A DNA stretch of 64,000 nt from Minisyncoccia bacterium (GTDB lineage: Bacteria; Patescibacteriota; Minisyncoccia; Phycocordibacterales; UBA9973), in contig JBDHUR010000003.1 in assembly GCA_039809265.1 (NCBI GenBank), positions 15,274 through 79,273 on the forward strand, in the 5' to 3' direction. Made by a program: the position numbers and the translations under genes. Below are positions 9,405-18,871 of this stretch, piece by piece. The notes below the pieces were generated by a model. The model saw only the letters and a list, made by a program, of their open reading frames with translations. It ran no database searches and was not told the DNA's origin. Numbering within the stretch: the stretch's first letter is position 1; every line of letters starts with the position of its first letter.

Positions 9405-10399
9405 AAGGGTATAAAAATCAAACAAAACAATCATTGCCGGAATATTTATGTGAGAAAATAGCCTTTTTTGCCGGCAATGGAGATTTTCCAGAAAACGACA
9501 GAAATCTATTATTTAAGATCTTTCAAAGGTTTGGCTTTATGAATGGAGCTACTAACATATCTCGCTTCGGTGTTACCGAAGAAGAAGCAGAAGCACTTGT
9601 TTGGCAGTCAAAACTCGTATATGAAAAACCATCACTCCGCAACTTACCAATTGAAGAAATATCAAAACTTGACCCATTTAAAATGCGACAGATCAAAGAA
9701 GATAAGTTGATTGAAGACTTTATTGCTCAAAACCAGACAAAAGAACAGAAAGAAATATTGAATAACTTTTCTGAACAAGGGCAAATTTTAACTAAAAAGA
9801 AAAAAGAGAAGTTCACACAAGAAATCGACACCTTCTGGCGAGATACATACACAAATGACTGGTCATTGAACAATCAAGACTTATCAAAAGTAAAATTCAC
9901 TCCAGAATTCTTAAAGCCAGAAGAAATAAAATGGCAAGATATAGCTAAAGCAAAAGATGATCCAAAAGAATTTGGTAAATATATTACAAACCCAGAAACA
10001 GCTTTACTTGATTATGAGAAACTAGGTAAACCAGAGATATATAATCCAAATGAAGATATAGATTTGGATAAATGGTTAGAGAAGAATAAACTAAAGAAAA
10101 ACCCCGCATCTGTTATGCAATACGTTGCAGAGAAATTCAGTAAAACATACTATCTTCCTGGAATAGAGTATCAAAAATACCTATTTGAAAACCAGAAAAA
10201 GAAAGGAGTAATACCTGAAGAATTAAAAGATGGTAATTGGTACTACTTTCCAGGTGCGTCTTTCCGCGGCTCAGATGGCAGTTGGTGCGTGCCATTTGGC
10301 AGCTGGAACTCTAGTGGTTCGTTTTGGGAGCGCAGTGGTAATTGGACTAGTCTTGGCTGGAATGACCACGAGCGTGTTCTGCTCCTCGGGAAGAAATAG
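9368..10399 (+). CDS. C-terminal part of the split AAA gene (-1 frame) with Trp/Gly-rich DGR-target-like C-terminus
   Basis: -1 frame is open from 9368 (AVLDPAQYLSWVEGY...) into ORF 9434..10399; ends LPGIEY...LKDGNWYYFPG...GSWCVPFGSWN...NW...GWNDHERVLLLGKK. Confidence 0.65.
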   Translation, partial: AVLDPAQYLSWVEGYKNQTKQSLPEYLCEKIAFFAGNGDFPENDRNLLFKIFQRFGFMNGATNISRFGVTEEEAEALVWQSKLVYEKPSLRNLPIEEISKLDPFKMRQIKEDKLIEDFIAQNQTKEQKEILNNFSEQGQILTKKKKEKFTQEIDTFWRDTYTNDWSLNNQDLSKVKFTPEFLKPEEIKWQDIAKAKDDPKEFGKYITNPETALLDYEKLGKPEIYNPNEDIDLDKWLEKNKLKKNPASVMQYVAEKFSKTYYLPGIEYQKYLFENQKKKGVIPEELKDGNWYYFPGASFRGSDGSWCVPFGSWNSSGSFWERSGNWTSLGWNDHERVLLLGKK

Positions 10400-10431
10400 T
10401 ACATTGAGAATTGGTATATTGTGTATGAATT

Positions 10432-10498
10432 GACTCCGTATGTCTTTGCTAGAGCAAAGACATACGGAGTCTTCCATCAGCCGCAGGCTGATGGAAGA
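10432..10498. repeat. Two abutting perfect inverted repeats (hairpins/cruciforms)
   Basis: GACTCCGTATGTCTTTGCT-AG-AGCAAAGACATACGGAGTC (19 bp arms) and TCTTCCATCAGCC-GCA-GGCTGATGGAAGA (13 bp arms); no T tract. Confidence 0.9.
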
Positions 10499-10501
10499 GG
10501 G

Positions 10502-10530
10502 TTGACAAAAGACGAAGGTGGTGATAAAAT
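10502..10530 (+). promoter_or_regulatory. Near-consensus sigma70 promoter
   Basis: TTGACA-17 nt-TAAAAT with extended TG. Confidence 0.65.
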
Positions 10531-10555
10531 AAGGCGAAATTAAAAATTAATAATT

Positions 10556-11158
10556 ATGTTTGAACAAAAAAACCACTCAATTTCTGAGTATGATTTAATC
10601 AAAGAGCTTTATGAAAAGATTAAACCTATTTTATTAAAAAATGACGGTTATACTTTTACAGAAGCTGAAACTCAAATGTTAAACCAACTTTTCTATTTTT
10701 TTGAAAATAGTCCGTTTTTCCCATCGAAAATTATTGTAGATGTGCTAACTCATGAAAATCTTAAAAAAGAACTTGCCACCAGGGTCCTTCTTGCAAAAGG
10801 GGTAGATAGGAAAAGCTTCACTAAAATATTAAAAGATGTTGATTTTGGTAAAATTTCTAAACCAGTTGGATTTTTCCAGAGGCTTGTTTTTACTAAAAAT
10901 AGTCAATTCCCGCAATCTAATATGAGATATATTTTTGATAAAGCACGCGAATTTGCTAATGAAGTAGAATTTATAAATATGTTACATACTATTATAGATA
11001 GGCATGATCATGTAAATCTTGAAACATTTAAACATATATTTAGAAATGAAGATAAAACATTTGCAATGGGCGTAAGGATTTTATTCAATAAAAAAAAGGG
11101 CTATCAAGGGCTTATTAGTAAAATAAAAAGTCATGAAATTTATTCGCAATATGTTTAA
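10556..11158 (+). CDS. Hypothetical protein (AT-rich)
   Basis: 200-aa ORF with own promoter and terminator; no motif recognised. Confidence 0.7.
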   Translation: MFEQKNHSISEYDLIKELYEKIKPILLKNDGYTFTEAETQMLNQLFYFFENSPFFPSKIIVDVLTHENLKKELATRVLLAKGVDRKSFTKILKDVDFGKISKPVGFFQRLVFTKNSQFPQSNMRYIFDKAREFANEVEFINMLHTIIDRHDHVNLETFKHIFRNEDKTFAMGVRILFNKKKGYQGLISKIKSHEIYSQYV

Positions 11159-11177
11159 TCATTTGATTTTTAAATAT

Positions 11178-11209
11178 AAAACCCTGCCTTTATTTTAGGC
11201 AGGGTTTTT
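11178..11209 (+). terminator. Intrinsic terminator
   Basis: AAAACCCTGCCT-loop-AGGCAGGGTTTTT. Confidence 0.75.
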
Positions 11210-11245
11210 GTTTGAAAAAATTTTCAAAATCATTATAATACAGGT

Positions 11246-11815
11246 ATGAATGAAGAAGAAAAAATAGAACAAAATATTTTAGAGCCAATAGTAGAAGATG
11301 TAGTAGATTTTGAATATAATGCAGATGGCGAAGAAGATTTAAAAGCAACCTTAAAGAAGCTTAGAGCTGATCTAAAACAAGCCAATACAGAAAAACAAGA
11401 GTATTTAACAAATTGGCAAAAAGAACGCGCAGATTTTATCAACTATAAAAAGGACGAACTTTCTCGTGTTAAAAAAATAGAAAATTTAGCAAGAGAAAAT
11501 TTTGCCGAAAGTCTGTTTTCGGTTTTGGACGCGTATGATATGGCATTTTCAAATAAAGAAGCTTGGGAAAAAGTAGACAAGAATTGGCGTATGGGTGTGG
11601 AATATATACATCAACAGTTTCTAAAAGTGCTTTTTGAGAATGGTATTGAAGAGATATCTTCAAAAGAAGGTGATGTTTTTGATCCTAAAATACATCAGAG
11701 CGTAGAAGTCGTAAAAGGTGACGGAGTAGAGAATACTTTAGCAAAAATACTCCAAAAAGGCTACAAAAACAATGACCATATACTTCGACCAGTGAGAGTA
11801 AATGTGTGGGGATAA
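11246..11815 (+). CDS. grpE: Nucleotide exchange factor GrpE
   Basis: ERADFINYKK, FDPKIHQSVE, QKGY...LRPVRV; upstream of dnaK. Confidence 0.95.
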   Translation: MNEEEKIEQNILEPIVEDVVDFEYNADGEEDLKATLKKLRADLKQANTEKQEYLTNWQKERADFINYKKDELSRVKKIENLARENFAESLFSVLDAYDMAFSNKEAWEKVDKNWRMGVEYIHQQFLKVLFENGIEEISSKEGDVFDPKIHQSVEVVKGDGVENTLAKILQKGYKNNDHILRPVRVNVWG

Positions 11816-11817
11816 TT

Positions 11818-12339
11818 TTATTTTCCAAAAGTTTCAAACAAGACTTTTTCGGTTTCAATGTCAAGCGAGTCTGTTGTTAAAATCATGATTTCAGTCGTTA
11901 ATCCTAGATCATTTTTAATATTTGTAAACAGGTGCTCAAAAGGGTATGGGGAAATCCATGCAGAATTTTTAAGACAGATAAATCCGGCCTTTTTTAATAG
12001 ATAACGGAGACTTTCACGTTCGTTTTTGCGGGCCTCTGGCAGGTCTAGCAGTACCACTCGCCATTTGCCATCCCATGCGGCTGGTACAGGCATAGTGCCA
12101 TCTGTTAGCTCCAGTGAAGCCAGCTTTTTCTTGCCAACCGGCGTAATACGCAAATAATGCCCTTGTGGAGAGGCAAATTCCTCGGCAAGGCCATTTTCCA
12201 CCATGCCACGTACAGCGCGGTTTATAGCGTATTTTGACGCTTTTTCTTGCCCTTTATCCACAAGCTCGGCTGTTTTTACCACCTTTTTGCGTCCAAGGGC
12301 TCGGAGTATGCTATGTTGTGGATTTTTCCTGCTTGACAT
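11818..12339 (-). CDS. PaaX-like transcriptional regulator (wHTH plus Cas2-like central domain)
   Basis: wHTH-like LRITPVGKK then WDGKWRVVLLDLPE...RESLRYLLKKAGF..L.NSAWISPY. Confidence 0.75.
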   Translation of the reverse strand: MSSRKNPQHSILRALGRKKVVKTAELVDKGQEKASKYAINRAVRGMVENGLAEEFASPQGHYLRITPVGKKKLASLELTDGTMPVPAAWDGKWRVVLLDLPEARKNERESLRYLLKKAGFICLKNSAWISPYPFEHLFTNIKNDLGLTTEIMILTTDSLDIETEKVLFETFGK

Positions 12340-12446
12340 GTTTATATCATATACCTTATACTCAGATTATACAAGTTTTTTGCGGTCGCAGAAAACAAGT
12401 AAAATTATTTATTCGCTATTTATAAAAATATTAAAAATAAAAATAT

Positions 12447-14351
12447 ATGTCAAAAATCATAGGTATAGACTTGGGTACTACAAACTCTGCTGTCGCTATA
12501 ATAGAAGGCGGACAGCCGAAAATTATTGAGAATATTGAAGGTGCTCGCACCACTCCGTCTATCGTTGCGGTTGCTAAAAATAGCGACAGATTGGTGGGCT
12601 TGCTTGCAAAACGACAAGCTGTAACAAATCCAGAGAATACTATATACGGCATCAAGCGATTCATGGGACACATGTTTGATGATCCAGAAGTCCAGAAAGA
12701 TTTGAAGAATGTTCCATTCAAACTACAGAAAGGCAAGAATGGCGGAGTTCAAGTAAACATGAATGGCGAGTGGAAAACTCCGGAAGAAGTTTCTGCCATG
12801 ATACTAGCAAAGATAAAGTCCGATGTGGAAGCAAAGCTTGGGGAAAAAGTAACAGAGGCCATAATCACTGTGCCTGCGTACTTCAACGATGCTCAGCGTA
12901 AGGCCACAAAAGATGCTGGGGCTATTGCAGGTCTAGATGTGCAGCGCATCATCAACGAGCCAACAGCTGCTGCACTTGCTTACGGATTTAACTCAAAGAA
13001 AAGCGAAAAGATCGTCGTATACGACTTTGGTGGTGGAACTTTAGACGTATCTGTCCTTGAAGTTGGGGACGATGTGATAGAAGTGAAGTCTACGGATGGG
13101 GACAGTCATTTGGGTGGACGTGATATTGATCACAAGATCATAAACTGGATTGCAGAAGAATTTAAGAAGACATCTGGTGTGGATGTTCGTGGAGATGTGC
13201 TTGCACTTCAGAGGCTAGACGAAGCTGCAGAAAAAGCAAAGATTGAACTTTCAACTGCAGTAGAAACTGAAATAAATATTCCATTTATCACTTCCACAGC
13301 AGCAGGTCCGCAACACTTGCTTATAAAGATGTCTCGCGCCCAGCTTGAATCTTTGGCAGAAGAATACATAAACCGCTCAATTGAAATTACAAAGCGCGCG
13401 ATAGAGGCTTCTGGTTTCAAATATTCTGACATAAACGAGATCATAATGGTGGGAGGCCAGACTCGTATGCCGAAAATTGTAGAAGAAGTAAAAAAGGTGT
13501 TTGGTAAAGACCCAAATAGATCTATCAACCCAGACGAAGTTGTGGCTCTTGGTGCTGCTGTGCAAGGCGGAGTTTTGAAAGGCGAAGTGCGTGATGTTCT
13601 TTTGCTTGATGTTATACCTCTTTCACTTGGTATAGAAACTTTGGGTGGTGTTGCGACAAAACTCATAGACCGCAATACAACTATTCCATCTTCAAAATCT
13701 CAAGTGTTCTCTACCGCTGCAGACAACCAAACTTCTGTGGAAATTCACATTACACAAGGCGAACGACCTATGGCTTCTGATAACAAATCTCTTGGCAGAT
13801 TTATCTTGGATGGAATTCCGCCAGCACCGCGTGGTATGCCGCAAGTGGAAGTGTCTTTCGATGTTGACGCGAACGGTATCTTGAATGTAACTGCAAAGGA
13901 TAAAGCTTCCGGAAAAGCACAGTCTATCCGCATCGAGGCTTCTGGAGGTTTGAAGGATGAAGATATAAAGCGAATGCAAGCTGATGCGGAAGCTCACGCA
14001 GAAGAAGATGCAAAGAAGAAAGAGCTTGCCGATGTAAAAAATACTGCCGAAATGACTCTATTTACAGCAGAGAAATCTCTAAAAGATTTTGGCGACAAAA
14101 TAGATGCAAGTTTGAAGACAAGCGTTGAAGAAAAAATCACAGCACTCAAGTTATTAAAAGATGCAAGCAGTGCCGACAAAGACTCGATCCACAATGCTAC
14201 AGAAGCACTCTCAGCTGAACTTTCAAAGATTGGTGAGGCAATGCAAAAAGCAGGAGAAACCTCTGCTGGAGAAACGACAGCTGAAGTTCAAAATGAAGAA
14301 ATTCCAAACACAGAAACAACTTCTGACGAGAAAACTGACGAAGTAAAATAA
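12447..14351 (+). CDS. dnaK: Chaperone DnaK
   Basis: [48 protein letters not shown]. Confidence 0.99.
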   Translation: MSKIIGIDLGTTNSAVAIIEGGQPKIIENIEGARTTPSIVAVAKNSDRLVGLLAKRQAVTNPENTIYGIKRFMGHMFDDPEVQKDLKNVPFKLQKGKNGGVQVNMNGEWKTPEEVSAMILAKIKSDVEAKLGEKVTEAIITVPAYFNDAQRKATKDAGAIAGLDVQRIINEPTAAALAYGFNSKKSEKIVVYDFGGGTLDVSVLEVGDDVIEVKSTDGDSHLGGRDIDHKIINWIAEEFKKTSGVDVRGDVLALQRLDEAAEKAKIELSTAVETEINIPFITSTAAGPQHLLIKMSRAQLESLAEEYINRSIEITKRAIEASGFKYSDINEIIMVGGQTRMPKIVEEVKKVFGKDPNRSINPDEVVALGAAVQGGVLKGEVRDVLLLDVIPLSLGIETLGGVATKLIDRNTTIPSSKSQVFSTAADNQTSVEIHITQGERPMASDNKSLGRFILDGIPPAPRGMPQVEVSFDVDANGILNVTAKDKASGKAQSIRIEASGGLKDEDIKRMQADAEAHAEEDAKKKELADVKNTAEMTLFTAEKSLKDFGDKIDASLKTSVEEKITALKLLKDASSADKDSIHNATEALSAELSKIGEAMQKAGETSAGETTAEVQNEEIPNTETTSDEKTDEVK

Positions 14352-14370
14352 TATGTTACAATAATCGTTC

Positions 14371-15216
14371 ATGACAAAAGATTACTACAAAATTCTTGGC
14401 GTAGAGAAGAATGCTTCGCAGGATGATATCAAAAAAGCGTTCCGAAAAATGGCGCATCAATATCATCCTGATAAAAACAAAGGCGATGATTCAAAATTCA
14501 AAGAAATAAATGAAGCTTACCAAACTCTTTCCGACAAAAAGAAGCGTGCACAGTACGACCAGTTTGGCAATGCGTACGCCTCTGGCGGTATGGGTAGCGG
14601 ACAAGGTTTTAGTGGTTTTGATTTTTCTGGCTTTCAGAACGGTAGCAGTTTTGATATGGGAGATATAGGAGATATATTTTCAGACTTTTTTGGTGGCGGT
14701 ATGACAAGCCAACAGCGTACTAGACGAGGTAGAGATTTATCTACAGAAATCATACTTACTTTTACGGAAGCTATTTTAGGCACAGAGAAAACTATATCTA
14801 TATCAAAACAGTCTACTTGTGATACATGTAAAGGTATTGGTGCAAAGCCTGGCACAAAACTGAAGACTTGCACAAAATGTAAAGGTCAAGGAAAATTAAG
14901 AGAAGCTCGCAGAACTATTTTAGGGACTTTTGAAAATATTGTGGTTTGTAGCGATTGTTATGGAGAAGGCAAGATTCCAGAAGAAAAATGTACTACATGT
15001 AGAGGAGATGGTATACACAAGAAAGAGCAAAAAATAAAGCTTATTATACCTCCCGGTACAAATAATAACGAAACATTAAAAGTTCCTGGTTATGGCGAAG
15101 CTGTCTCACATGGTAAAACAGGCGACTTATATGTGAAAATCAACATTAAGAAACCCAACAAGATTTCTAACCGCGCAAAGGAAGCTTTAGAGGTTTTAAG
15201 AGAGGAGGGGATATAA
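14371..15216 (+). CDS. dnaJ: Chaperone DnaJ, short (one C-terminal subdomain)
   Basis: J-domain HPD, G/F region, four CxxCxGxG repeats, single GDLYV. Confidence 0.9.
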   Translation: MTKDYYKILGVEKNASQDDIKKAFRKMAHQYHPDKNKGDDSKFKEINEAYQTLSDKKKRAQYDQFGNAYASGGMGSGQGFSGFDFSGFQNGSSFDMGDIGDIFSDFFGGGMTSQQRTRRGRDLSTEIILTFTEAILGTEKTISISKQSTCDTCKGIGAKPGTKLKTCTKCKGQGKLREARRTILGTFENIVVCSDCYGEGKIPEEKCTTCRGDGIHKKEQKIKLIIPPGTNNNETLKVPGYGEAVSHGKTGDLYVKINIKKPNKISNRAKEALEVLREEGI

Positions 15217-15282
15217 TAATAAAGACCAGTTGGCGCAAGGCTTACTGGTTTTTGTTTTAAATATATGGTATAATGAAAATCT

Positions 15283-16344
15283 ATGAAAAAAGAAATTTTT
15301 TATAAACCTGTATTCTTAAAGAATGAAATAGAGCTCAAGAAAATGCTCAAACAAAAACCTTATATAAGTTTTGTTGATGCTTTTAGTGATCAGTTAAAGG
15401 AACTATTTTTTATAGAAAATCATAAATATATAGGAGAAGATAAAAATAAAATTTATTCCAGCGAAGTTTTTAAAAAATATTGTTTTAAAAAAGCAAAAAG
15501 TTTTAAATATGTTTATTATCCATGGAATCACACTATAGTAAAAACTGTTCCAAAAGAAGCATACTGGAAATTAAAGACGAATAGAAATCAAGATCTCATA
15601 ACTATAAACGAACAAAAGAAATTGAAAGATTTCTCTGTAGGGGTTTTTGGTATGAGTGTAGGTAGTAATATAGCTTTTGTGTTAACACAGGCAGGGATTT
15701 CAAATTCAATAACAATAGCAGATTTTGATGAGTTAAGCACTACAAATTTAAATCGTATACTGGCTGGTGTGCATCAAGTTGGTTTAAATAAAACAGTGAT
15801 AGCTGCTCGTAGAATATATGAAGATAATCCATTTGCAAATGTGAAAACTATGCTATCTGGTGTCTCTATAAAAAACTTAGAATCTCTATTAAAAAAAGGA
15901 AAATTGAAATGTATCATAGAGGAAATAGACAATATTCCAATGAAGGTTGAGGTCAGGGTGCTCGCGATGAAGTACAAAATCCCAGTTATAATGATTACCG
16001 ACAATGGAGATGGCGTTGTGTTGCATGTGGAAAGGTATGATAAAAACCTTAAAACTATATTTAATAAACCACTCACATATTGGAAGACATTTTTAGGTGA
16101 TAATATAACTAAGGAAAAAATAGGGAAAATAATTATTGAAGATATTTTTGGGGGAGCTCAAAATGCATCATTAAGAGTTATAGATTCTGTACAGAAAGTT
16201 TTTAATAAAGAAATTATCTCATGGCCACAACTTGGTAGCGCGGCAATTCTTGGTGGCGTTATCAGTACTATAATCATAAAAAAAATTGTTAATAAAGAAG
16301 AAATGCCAAACTCATTTGTTAAACATATACAACATGAATTATGA
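15283..16344 (+). CDS. ThiF/E1-like adenylyltransferase (Rv1355c/OxzB N-half-like)
   Basis: YVYYPWN, LKTNRNQDLIT, VGVFGMSVG, IADFDELSTTNLNRI, VGLNK, WPQLGS. Confidence 0.85.
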   Translation: MKKEIFYKPVFLKNEIELKKMLKQKPYISFVDAFSDQLKELFFIENHKYIGEDKNKIYSSEVFKKYCFKKAKSFKYVYYPWNHTIVKTVPKEAYWKLKTNRNQDLITINEQKKLKDFSVGVFGMSVGSNIAFVLTQAGISNSITIADFDELSTTNLNRILAGVHQVGLNKTVIAARRIYEDNPFANVKTMLSGVSIKNLESLLKKGKLKCIIEEIDNIPMKVEVRVLAMKYKIPVIMITDNGDGVVLHVERYDKNLKTIFNKPLTYWKTFLGDNITKEKIGKIIIEDIFGGAQNASLRVIDSVQKVFNKEIISWPQLGSAAILGGVISTIIIKKIVNKEEMPNSFVKHIQHEL

Positions 16345-17390
16345 AAATAGATATATCTAAAAATCCAGAGTTTGATAATCACGAATTAGTCTCATGGTTT
16401 GAAGATTCAAGTCTCGGGTTACGTGGATTTATTGTTGTGCATAACACAAACATGGGTCCTGCTGTTGGTGGTACTAGATATTGGATTTATAAAAATGAAA
16501 ATGAAGCTATAACTGATGCTCTAAGATTATCTCGTTCGATGACCTATAAATGTGCTCTTGCAGGTGTGCCATTTGGTGGTGGAAAAGGTGTCATTATTGC
16601 AGATAGTAAGACTGTAAAAACCAAGCAGTTTTTACAGTCTTATGCAAAAAAAGTTTCTCTTCTTGGAGGCAATTTTTATACAGGAGAAGATGTTGGTTTA
16701 ACACTAGAAGATATAAATTGTATGGCTTCTAGTTCTAGATTTATTATTGGCAGTAATAATAAAGCAGGAGATCCTTCTCCGTGGGCTGCGCTAAGTGTTT
16801 TTTATGCAATGAAAGCAGCTCTTTATCAAATATATAAAAATTGTGATTTTTCTAGTAAAAAAATTGCAATTAAAGGTCTAGGTAAAGTTGGTATGGAGTT
16901 GGCGAGATTACTCTATAAAGAAGGTGCTGAATTATTTGTAAGCGACATAGATAAACTAAAGATTAATGAAATTAAATCATGGGGCGATCGAATAAATGTA
17001 GCATCAGTTAAGAATATTCATAAATTAAATGTTGATATTTATGCACCATGCGCAATGGGTGGAGATCTTACTGAAAGAAAAATAAATGAACTTAATTGTA
17101 AAATTATTTGCGGCTCAGCAAACAATCAACTTGAACGTACAGAAAATGCTAATATTTTATATAAACGAAATATTTTATATATTCCAGATTATCTTGCTAA
17201 TTCTGGTGGTTTAATAAATGTTGTTGCAGAACTCGAGACCAAAGGATATAGTAAGGATAAAGTATTTACTAGGGTACAAAAGATTGAAGAAACAACGAGA
17301 AAAGTGCTTGTCATGTCTCTTGAAATGCAGTGCTCTCCAAATGAAGTTGTTAATAAGCTTGCCCAGGATTTATTTATGAAAAATAATTAG
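16341..17390 (+). CDS. Leu/Phe/Val dehydrogenase family
   Basis: GPAVGGTR, MTYKCALAG, GGGKGVI, TGEDVG, GLGKVG, APCAMGG, GSANNQL, PDYLANSGG. Confidence 0.92.
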   Translation: MKIDISKNPEFDNHELVSWFEDSSLGLRGFIVVHNTNMGPAVGGTRYWIYKNENEAITDALRLSRSMTYKCALAGVPFGGGKGVIIADSKTVKTKQFLQSYAKKVSLLGGNFYTGEDVGLTLEDINCMASSSRFIIGSNNKAGDPSPWAALSVFYAMKAALYQIYKNCDFSSKKIAIKGLGKVGMELARLLYKEGAELFVSDIDKLKINEIKSWGDRINVASVKNIHKLNVDIYAPCAMGGDLTERKINELNCKIICGSANNQLERTENANILYKRNILYIPDYLANSGGLINVVAELETKGYSKDKVFTRVQKIEETTRKVLVMSLEMQCSPNEVVNKLAQDLFMKNN

Positions 17391-17391
17391 T

Positions 17392-18867
17392 ATGGATAAA
17401 AAAGTTCAAAAAATTATCAAAGAATATGCTACAAAAAACTCAAATTATTGGAGACGAGTAGCAAAAAAACAAAGAGATAAGACAGTTTTTCTTGCGCAAA
17501 AAGAAAGCTCTGCTTATCGTATAAAATATAAAAAATATCATATAGATAAAAATTTCTGTTTTGAAGATCTGCCTACTGTTGATAAAGCAAATTTTCTTAA
17601 AAAAAATACGATGAATCAACTGCTTTGTGGTGGCCTGAATCAACCTCTTGTTTTTACTTCAACTTCTGGTTCTACTGGTGAGCCATATTATTTTCCTCGC
17701 AAAGAAAACCTGGATTTGCAATATTCTATATTAGTTGAACAATTCTTAAAACAAGGAGAAAACAAAGGAAAGAAACCAGCTCTGGTTTTGATATGTTTTG
17801 GTATGGGAGTATGGATTGGTGGAATAATTACATATCAAGCATTTATGATGGCTTCTCGTCGTGGGAAGTATCCTGTCTCAATACTAACTCCAGGAATAAA
17901 TATGGAAGAAATTCTTAAAGCGTTAAGAAAACTTTCTCCTCAATTTTCTGAAACAATTATTATTGGATATCCTCCTTTTGTAAAAGATATAATTGATCAG
18001 GCTCTATTTAATAATATACCCATAAAACAATTAAATATCCGTTTAATGTTTGCAGCTGAAGTTTTTACAGAAGACTTCAGAGATTATTTAGTAAAAAAAG
18101 TTACAATAAACAATATTTATCGTGATACTCTCAGTGTGTACGGGAGCGCTGATGTCGCAGCTATGGCATGGGAAACAGGAATTTCTGTTTTAATTAAAAG
18201 ACTGTTAAAATCTAAACTAGAAATTTTTAAGTATTTCTTTGGGGAAACTCAAAAAATGCCTACAATTGCTCAATATAATCCTAATTTTATCTATTTTGAA
18301 TCACTTAATAATGAAATTCTTTTAACAGCTGAAAGCGCCATACCACTCGTCCGTTATGCAATAGGTGATAGAGGACGAACTTTCACATATAAAGAAATTG
18401 ATGATGGTTTACGTTTGTTTGGAGTCAATTTAACCAAAGAAGCAAAGAAGGTTGGAATATCGGACATCAATTATCAACTACCATTTGTTTGCATATTTGA
18501 GAGAAATGATTTTTCAACTACTATTTATGGATTACAAATATATCCAGAATTAATACGCGAAGCACTTTCTCAAGAAAAAGTAAGTAATATTCTTACTGGT
18601 AAATTTGTGTTCCAAACAAAATTTGATAAAAACCAAGATCAATATTTAGAAATTAATATTGAATGCGCTGTTAATGTGGATCCATCAACTATTGATGTTG
18701 GATTATTAACTCAGACTATTAGTTCTTTTCTTACAATAAAAAGTTCCGAATTTGCTGAATTAATTAAATACGTTAAAAATAGACCCCTGATACAAATAAT
18801 TCTTTGGACATATGGTCATGATAAGTATTTTAAATTAGGAATTAAACAGAAATGGGTGGTAAAATAA
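17392..18867 (+). CDS. Phenylacetate-CoA ligase (PaaK)-like adenylate-forming enzyme
   Basis: P-loop STSGSTGEP, GYPPF, YGSAD, PLVRYAIGDRG. Confidence 0.85.
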   Translation: MDKKVQKIIKEYATKNSNYWRRVAKKQRDKTVFLAQKESSAYRIKYKKYHIDKNFCFEDLPTVDKANFLKKNTMNQLLCGGLNQPLVFTSTSGSTGEPYYFPRKENLDLQYSILVEQFLKQGENKGKKPALVLICFGMGVWIGGIITYQAFMMASRRGKYPVSILTPGINMEEILKALRKLSPQFSETIIIGYPPFVKDIIDQALFNNIPIKQLNIRLMFAAEVFTEDFRDYLVKKVTINNIYRDTLSVYGSADVAAMAWETGISVLIKRLLKSKLEIFKYFFGETQKMPTIAQYNPNFIYFESLNNEILLTAESAIPLVRYAIGDRGRTFTYKEIDDGLRLFGVNLTKEAKKVGISDINYQLPFVCIFERNDFSTTIYGLQIYPELIREALSQEKVSNILTGKFVFQTKFDKNQDQYLEINIECAVNVDPSTIDVGLLTQTISSFLTIKSSEFAELIKYVKNRPLIQIILWTYGHDKYFKLGIKQKWVVK

Positions 18868-18871
18868 GATT

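Noticed and set aside
10432-10498. Twin hairpins as an ordinary terminator or IS ends
   Set aside because: No U tract and no transposase; kept as a DGR-like cis element, though a terminator role is not excluded.
11818-12339. Cas2-like motif suggesting a CRISPR-Cas system
   Set aside because: It is the PaaX-type central domain; no repeat-spacer array or other cas gene is seen in the window.
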